Source of the DNA: a virus
Lineage: Duplodnaviria > Caudoviricetes
Strand: one strand, 5' to 3'
Length of the DNA: 36,861 bases
Virus record (IMG/VR): IMGVR_UViG_3300030376_003776
Coordinates: 1-36,861 of that record
Below the pieces are notes generated by a model, which saw nothing but the letters and a program-made list of their open reading frames with translations, had not been told where the DNA came from and searched no databases. The position numbers and the translations under genes are program-made. This document shows, one piece after another, positions 35,157-36,861 of the stretch. Each line of letters starts with the position of its first letter. Within the stretch, counting starts at the first letter, position 1.

Positions 35157-36861
35157 ATGATTACAGCCGAAGAAATCGTTGATCTTTATTACAGCCGAAA
35201 GAATGCTCATTCTGGCATTAAGGATCGAATGAGTCATATCCGTGACCATTACAACGGTGACGTTGTTGTGCCGCTGCCAGAAATTGATTCAACCGAATCG
35301 GCAGCAGTCGCTAACTTGTTGGCTCAGGGTTTGGACCAGACCGCAATGCGTGTGGCTTCTGTGCTGCCTGACATTGTGTGCCCGCCTTCGGATGATTCAT
35401 CTAAGCAGGCTCGCAAGCATTCACAGATTCGTCGCAAGGCCATGTTTGGTTGGTGGCAAAATTCTACGATGGATTTGCAGTTGGCAAAGCGTGCTCGCCA
35501 TCTAATCGGTTATTCACAGACAATTACGCAGATTCGGTTTGATCCAAAGAGCGGTGTGCCTACTTGGCACGCTCGTGATCCACTAACTGCTTATCCGTCG
35601 AACCTTCGTGGTGTAGACGACATGCGACCGCAAAACTGTGTGTTTGCTTATCTGCGTCCTATGCATTGGGTGCAGCAGTTTTATCCGCCCGCAGCTTTGC
35701 GTTTGACGGGTGGACCGTCGCACATGCAGCGCGAGCCAGATGAGACTGTCGAACTTATTGAATACGTTGATGACATGTGCACCGTTTTGGTTGCGCTTAA
35801 CCAGCCTAATCCAGACTCGGGTGTTGTTATTCAAGAACTAGAACGAGTCGAAAACCCGACTGGCCGTTGTCCTGTTGTGGTTGCTTCTCGTATTTCGTTG
35901 GCTGACTCTCGTGGACAGTTTGACGGCATTCTTGGCATGTACCAGCAGCAAGCAAAGTTGATGGCGCTTGAAGTGTTAGCTGTTCAGAAGGGCGTGTTCC
36001 CTGATACTTGGCTAGTCGGTAGTGCAGGTGAGCAGCCCAAGATTATTAATAACGCTAATGGTTTGACTGGCGAGATTGGTGTGGTGCGTGGCGGTTCGTT
36101 GCGAGACATGCAGATGCAGCCAGGGTTTATGACTAACCCGGCTATTGACCGGCTAGAACGTGCTCAGCGTTTGACTGCTGGTATTCCTGCCGAGTTTGGT
36201 GGCGAGTCTACGAGCAACATTCGTACTGGTCGTCGTGGCGACGCCGTGTTGTCTGCCGTAGTGGACTTTACGGTGCAGGAAACGCAGAAGGTTCTTGCGC
36301 GTTCTTTGGAAGAAGAGAATCGTTTGGCTATTGCTCAATGCAAAGCGTATGCAGGTAACAAGCCAAAGTCTTTCTATGTCAATATGGGGAAGACAAAGGG
36401 CAAGGTTGATTACACGCCTAACAAGCATTTTACGAGTGACGAAAATCATGTGTCGTACTCGCAGGCTGGTGCAGACATTAACAACCTTGTGATTGCTGGC
36501 GGTCAGCGTTTGGCGATGGGCACTATGTCAAAGGAAGCGTTTATGCGGATTGATCCGCTTGTAGAGGATGTTGAGAAGGAGCGCGACGCTGTAGTAGCTG
36601 AGCAGTTGCAACAGTCGTTGTTGGCTGGTTTGCAACAGCAGGCTGCACAGGGTGCGTTGCCTCCTGCTGATTTGGCTCGGATTATGGAGCTAGTTAAGAA
36701 CGATAATCTTGAGTTGCCTGACGCTGTTGCCAAGGTGCAGCGTGAAGCGCAGGAACGTCAAGCTGAGCAAGTGGAGGCAACTGCGCCTGAAGCGCAGCCT
36801 GGTATTGCTCAGCCGGGGGCTGGTGCTGAATCAGGCGGGGGCGCGCCTGCACCGGCCCCCG
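35157..36861 (+). CDS. Portal protein (578 aa including wrap to 41; absent from ORF track)
   Basis: MITAEEIVDLYYSR..VANLLAQGLDQTAMRVAS open to the end of the window; follows terL; Gln/Ala/Pro-rich tail. Confidence 0.85.
   Translation, partial: MITAEEIVDLYYSRKNAHSGIKDRMSHIRDHYNGDVVVPLPEIDSTESAAVANLLAQGLDQTAMRVASVLPDIVCPPSDDSSKQARKHSQIRRKAMFGWWQNSTMDLQLAKRARHLIGYSQTITQIRFDPKSGVPTWHARDPLTAYPSNLRGVDDMRPQNCVFAYLRPMHWVQQFYPPAALRLTGGPSHMQREPDETVELIEYVDDMCTVLVALNQPNPDSGVVIQELERVENPTGRCPVVVASRISLADSRGQFDGILGMYQQQAKLMALEVLAVQKGVFPDTWLVGSAGEQPKIINNANGLTGEIGVVRGGSLRDMQMQPGFMTNPAIDRLERAQRLTAGIPAEFGGESTSNIRTGRRGDAVLSAVVDFTVQETQKVLARSLEEENRLAIAQCKAYAGNKPKSFYVNMGKTKGKVDYTPNKHFTSDENHVSYSQAGADINNLVIAGGQRLAMGTMSKEAFMRIDPLVEDVEKERDAVVAEQLQQSLLAGLQQQAAQGALPPADLARIMELVKNDNLELPDAVAKVQREAQERQAEQVEATAPEAQPGIAQPGAGAESGGGAPAPAP

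Noticed and set aside
1-36861. tRNA genes, integrase/attP
   Set aside because: No tRNA T-loop/cloverleaf or recombinase motif noticed by eye; tRNAscan-SE and HMM searches would confirm.

Overview
The window is an apparently complete, circularly permuted ~36.85 kb dsDNA phage genome. The last 9 nt repeat the first 9 and the portal ORF reads across the junction. It looks podovirus-like: very large internal virion proteins and no tape measure. The host is probably an actinobacterium (WhiB, r1t-type holin, M15 endolysin, poly-Thr secreted protein). The + strand carries a cluster of basic peptides, terminase, portal, internal virion proteins, scaffold, capsid, two tail fibres, tail and lysis genes. 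The - strand (23.4-30.2 kb) carries a G39P-like helicase loader, SSB, Rad52/Sak annealase, Cas4-like nuclease, WhiB, a DnaA-domain-IV-like protein and DUF932. I recognise no DNA polymerase, primase, helicase or integrase. The outstanding feature lies where the two gene blocks diverge: a GC-rich 1.9 kb imperfect inverted repeat (29571-31462). Its left arm holds an RBS, a 153-aa ORF and a terminator; its right arm is a non-coding ~80% copy. The mismatches are almost all G.T or G.A on the + strand and never A.C, so only the + strand should fold stably, most plausibly as single-stranded DNA. The rod has a GAA-triloop apex, inserted side arms, a recurring GTGATAGTG motif and a -10 element present only on the mimic arm. 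All product calls come from motif recognition by eye, not database searches, and counts are by hand.
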